A stretch of 64,000 nucleotides of DNA from positions 30,444,001-30,508,000 of the forward strand of contig NC_087245.1 in NCBI RefSeq assembly GCF_037042905.1, in the 5' to 3' direction. Under the pieces are notes generated by a model. The model saw nothing but the letters and a program-made list of their open reading frames with translations. It was not told where the DNA came from and ran no database searches. Shown here one piece after another: positions 60,367 through 64,000 of the stretch. The translations under genes and the position numbers were made by a program. This DNA comes from Lytechinus pictus (taxonomy: Eukaryota). Every line of letters starts with the position of its first letter. Position 1 is the first letter of the stretch.

Positions 60367-61334
60367 TTAGAAAGTCAAAAGGGGCCTAAGCTTTCGATCC
60401 TAGCAAAATGACAAACATAAAGTGAAACAACCATAATATAGACCACAGACAAGCTACAGCAACACTAGAAACAAGGAGACAAAAGGGGCAATAGTGAGTA
60501 GAGAAGACCAATCAGGTCAGTGAAGGGGATGAAAGAAAAGGAGTAGGCAGACACAAAGGGAAGTTAGTGTAAGTAAGGCCAGTAAAAGACCTCAAGCCAA
60601 GAGGGATTAAGATAATGAGGCAGGCAACATCAAACAGGATCTGGAACAAAACAGTGATAGAGGGTATGAGGAAGAGATGAATAACAAGAGAATTAGTGAG
60701 AGGTGGGTCAAACAGGTTACAAAGAAACGCATAATAAACTGGTGCATAAGAGTGGGGGGAAAAAAGGGAAAAGAATGGGGAACAACTGATAATGTGCAAA
60801 AGACATATGATAAAGCATTAAACAAACTAAGAGAAGAAGGTAAGTGTAAATATGTATCTATAAGTGATATGTATATAAATATATCCAAAAAAGAAATGTA
60901 TATGAAAAAATGTAAATACACATATGGTGTAACTGATATTGTAATCCGCTAGGTGTGACGGGTAACAAAAGTAAACATAAGACTATAGTAGAAAAAAAAC
61001 CTGTATATAATGTGAAAAAGAGGAAGCAAATTGCCTAAAAAGGTAAAAGCAAACATAGAAGAGAGGGGGTGTATTATGAAGAAACCATAGTATGTATGTA
61101 AATAAGCAAAATAAATATGTGGTAAATCTAAAAGAGGTGAGTGGAGAAAAAATATATATAATAATTATTATATCGCCTGAATAAGGAAAGAAAAATTGGA
61201 GCTGAGCTTGTATGAGATATGGGAGGAAAGTAGAGGAAGAAACTATAATTTAACTACGGTATTCAAAAGAGCTGAGGGGAAAAATTACATGTATATATAA
61301 ATTGAATGTGGATAGGAAAGAATAATCAGTCGTT
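60367..61334 (-). mobile_element. Second 5'-truncated Penelope-like copy (trailer only; hammerhead core deleted)
   Basis: High-identity direct copy of 1311-2308; lacks GAATCTTCGTCGGAGGCA. Confidence 0.8.
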
Positions 61335-62470
61335 TAGTGATATTTTTTTGTCTTTTTAATATATATTTCAAGAAAACTGGAATGTTTTAGAAATGAGTAA
61401 AATTTTAAAGTGAAACATTGTCAAACAAAAAAAATAGAATCATCGTGGCACATGCAACTTTCTTCCCCCTACAAGTCTGCACTGATCACAACAAGAGTAC
61501 AAGACTCAAAACAAAGGCTGAAACAACTAGATGTAGTTTTGAAAACTCAATAACTTGCTCCTCCAATACATGTACCAATCACATCACCAATGAGTAATCT
61601 GATAATCTATATAAATTGTGGAAATATCATGATTTTGTGATAATTTTGGTGGAAAAAATATATTTCATGTGAGATTGTTCACTCTGTTTCTGAGTTTGAT
61701 CGGGGATGTGCAGGTGCAGCAGCATTGAGAACCAATCTATAGGCTCCTGCTTGCCATCAGTGCCACGCAGGCGGGAGGCCACTTGGCCACCATGTACATG
61801 TATGTGTACTGACTTTGTGCATTTGTATGTACATGTAGATCAAAGAAAATGGTGCAAACTGGCTTGCAATTTGAATTGAGGAAGTTGTTAACTTTTTTTT
61901 TGGGGGGGGGGGTTCTCTCTCTCTTCTGTATTTTTGCTTGTAAAATTTCATTTCACAGTGAGAGTTTTGCTTGCCCGTTTTGGCCAAGTAGTTGTTTTTA
62001 CTTCACAACAGTTGCTGGACTGTAACAAATAAGTGATAAAGGGTATTAAAATTAACAAGTTTACATGAAAAGACATGAAAGAAAGGAAGAAGGTGAGAAA
62101 TAATAAAAGAAAAGATGTGACAAATAAAAAAAACACACAACGAGAAATTGCAAGGGGGTGGATATACATGAAGGCTGACTCTGCAACATATCCAGTGAGA
62201 CAAAAGGCATGAAAAATAGATTTTTTAAAAGGACATTATTCGGTTTAATACAGACTCTAAAAAATGAAATAAAATAGTATCTATAGATATATAGTGTAAC
62301 TTAATCTACAACAAATCAAAATTAAGAAGATATATCCCTTAATTTCATGCTAGAGAGTATTTATGGAATTTTATACATCTACATGCAATGAGAATTAATA
62401 AATCCAAAAATCCACACCAAATATTAAAAAATAAGAGCAATTCCATGTTTCTGTTTCTCGCTGATTCCAG

Positions 62471-62640
62471 GAACTTTGCAGCATCTACAGAAGTTGGAGC
62501 AGCAAGCCCAGGACCTGAGACATGGATCCAGAAGCAGGGCAAAGCAGGAGAGGATGTTGAGAGCCCTTCAGAAAGCTGTGCACCAGCTCCAGGAGAGGAG
62601 GGACTTCCTCAAGGTCCAGATTGCAAACTCACCAATTAAG
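62471..62640 (+). CDS. CENPO: Probable CENP-O second coding exon; gene continues beyond the window
   Basis: Pyrimidine tract + CAG acceptor, GTLQHLQKLEQQAQDLRHGSRSRAKQERMLRALQKAVHQLQERRDFLKVQIANSPIK, AAG|GT donor. Resembles the CENP-O N-terminus as I recall it (GVLAHLERLETQV...IHKLRRLRDELRA). The position next to PTRHD1 also fits. Confidence 0.68.
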
Positions 62641-62989
62641 GTACCAATATACCCAGTCCTAAGCCGCAGAGAAGGATTTTCTCAAGAGACTGGATTTTTA
62701 ATTCCAATTATAATTGCATACTATGGCCAAGTCAAAACGCTGTTCAAATGACAGTTCAAAGCATAATTGTTTTCCTATTATGACACCTGTTTGACCATAT
62801 AGAAAAAAAAATCCTAAAATTTGATTTGATTAAATTTCACACTTTTACATTCAAGAAATGCTCATCTTTTTTCCATATTTTTTTTGAAAAAAAGAAAATG
62901 AAGAATATTCCTGTTTATTAATAATCTTCTGTTTATTATAGCGTTTAACATCTTTCAAAATCAAGGTAATGACTCCGGCCTATTGCATA

Positions 62990-63534
62990 CAGTCAAACCC
63001 GTTTTAGCGGTCACCTGTCTATTTTGAAAACCTGTCTCCCATTTGAAAAAAAAAAGATCATATTTTATAAAAGTTTTAGAACCTGTCTATAAGCAGGGTT
63101 CCCAGCCCATCAGGAAAAATTATTTTACTTTTTTTCCAGTCAGGGAAAAATGCCTCAAATGAGAGAAAAATCAGGAAATTTTGATCAGCCCAAAAGTCGA
63201 AAGCACGGTAGTCATTTTTTTAGACTCTGTTATATTTTGTTGCTTATCGAAACAACATTCATTGAATGACTGGTTATGGTGGTAGTTAGTTTTACATTAT
63301 TGTTTTTATACTGAAAAAGTGAAAATACATGTAATTCACTGCAAAAACTTAGAAAACATGCGAAACTGAGAATGGGTTTAAATAATTATCAGGGAATTTC
63401 TAAATTTCATCAGGAAAAAATCAGGGAATTTTGTTTTCTTGAAAAGCTGGGAACCCTGATAAAGGACATCTGTCTCCAGTTGTCTTCTTCCCCCCTCCCC
63501 CCTTGGGGGTGGCCTTAATAGATTAGTTTGACTG
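62990..63534. mobile_element. Tc1/pogo-like MITE containing a nested element
   Basis: TA|CAGTCAAAC ... GTTTGACTG; a related fragment is at ~32266-32363. Confidence 0.62.
63094..63458. mobile_element. hAT-like MITE nested in 62990-63534
   Basis: 13-bp perfect TIR CAGGGTTCCCAGC; repeated TCAGGGAA motifs; TSD degenerate. Confidence 0.75.
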
Positions 63535-64000
63535 AGCATAGAGGCAAGGTTATTGCAGAAGGCATTTAAGATTTGGAAGATGAGCCACTACTCGTGTTTA
63601 CATTGGATGCCTTGATAGCAAGCAATCAGCTAAAAAAAAAGCCCAGTGAGGTCACTAAGTTGTTAAAGAATGCATGATATATTTGATAGCAGAAGTTATT
63701 TGAAATATTAAAACCCTTTGCCTCTCAGTTTATGCACTGGTACATGTAAATCAAAGGACTTCAAATGCAATGAAAATTTTGTTAGTTTCAATTTTTTTCT
63801 TAATACAGGTATTCATTGTCTAAAAAAAAATCATGGTTGGTTTTCAGTACCGGTATAATGTAAATATTTTTGGATAAGTTACATGTTAAATTTTTTAAGC
63901 TATGCTAATGGGACAGTTGAAGGAGTGTTGATGAACTTGATGTATAGATTTTTTTTTTATAACTAACACTCCTGTGATGATTTGTTTGTCATCAGACATT

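Noticed and set aside
1311..61334. ~1-kb direct repeats near both window ends read as LTRs of a giant element
   Set aside because: No TG...CA ends, primer-binding site or shared TSD; the enclosed genes are ordinary conserved host genes.
63535..64000. Possible third CENPO-like exon
   Set aside because: I could not find a phase-0 acceptor followed by a convincing open frame and donor; the next exon probably lies beyond the window.

Overview
AT-rich, intron-rich animal genomic DNA; a sea urchin or other echinoderm is my inference from the protein and repeat style, not something the sequence proves. By splicing exons by hand (all GT-AG, all phases consistent) I recover four genes in two tight head-to-head pairs. 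Pair 1: DNALI1 (axonemal dynein light intermediate chain p28/p33; minus strand, 6 exons, 260 aa) and EMC2 (TTC35; plus strand, 10 exons, 291 aa), with start codons 181 bp apart. Pair 2: PTRHD1 (minus, 3 exons, 119 aa) and a probable CENPO whose first two coding exons lie in the window (plus), 323 bp apart. Most non-coding space is non-autonomous transposons with readable termini and target-site duplications (TSDs): hAT-, Harbinger-, piggyBac-, Kolobok-, Sola- and MULE/Merlin-like elements, plus Helentron-associated (HINE/pearl-like) copies. EMC2 intron 1 (18.5 kb) holds a multi-level nested stack of them. Three copies of a Penelope-like retroelement end are present; two carry an intact minimal hammerhead-ribozyme motif. 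No autonomous transposase, RNA gene or CRISPR array was seen. Superfamily labels rest on terminus/TSD rules, and no database search was run.
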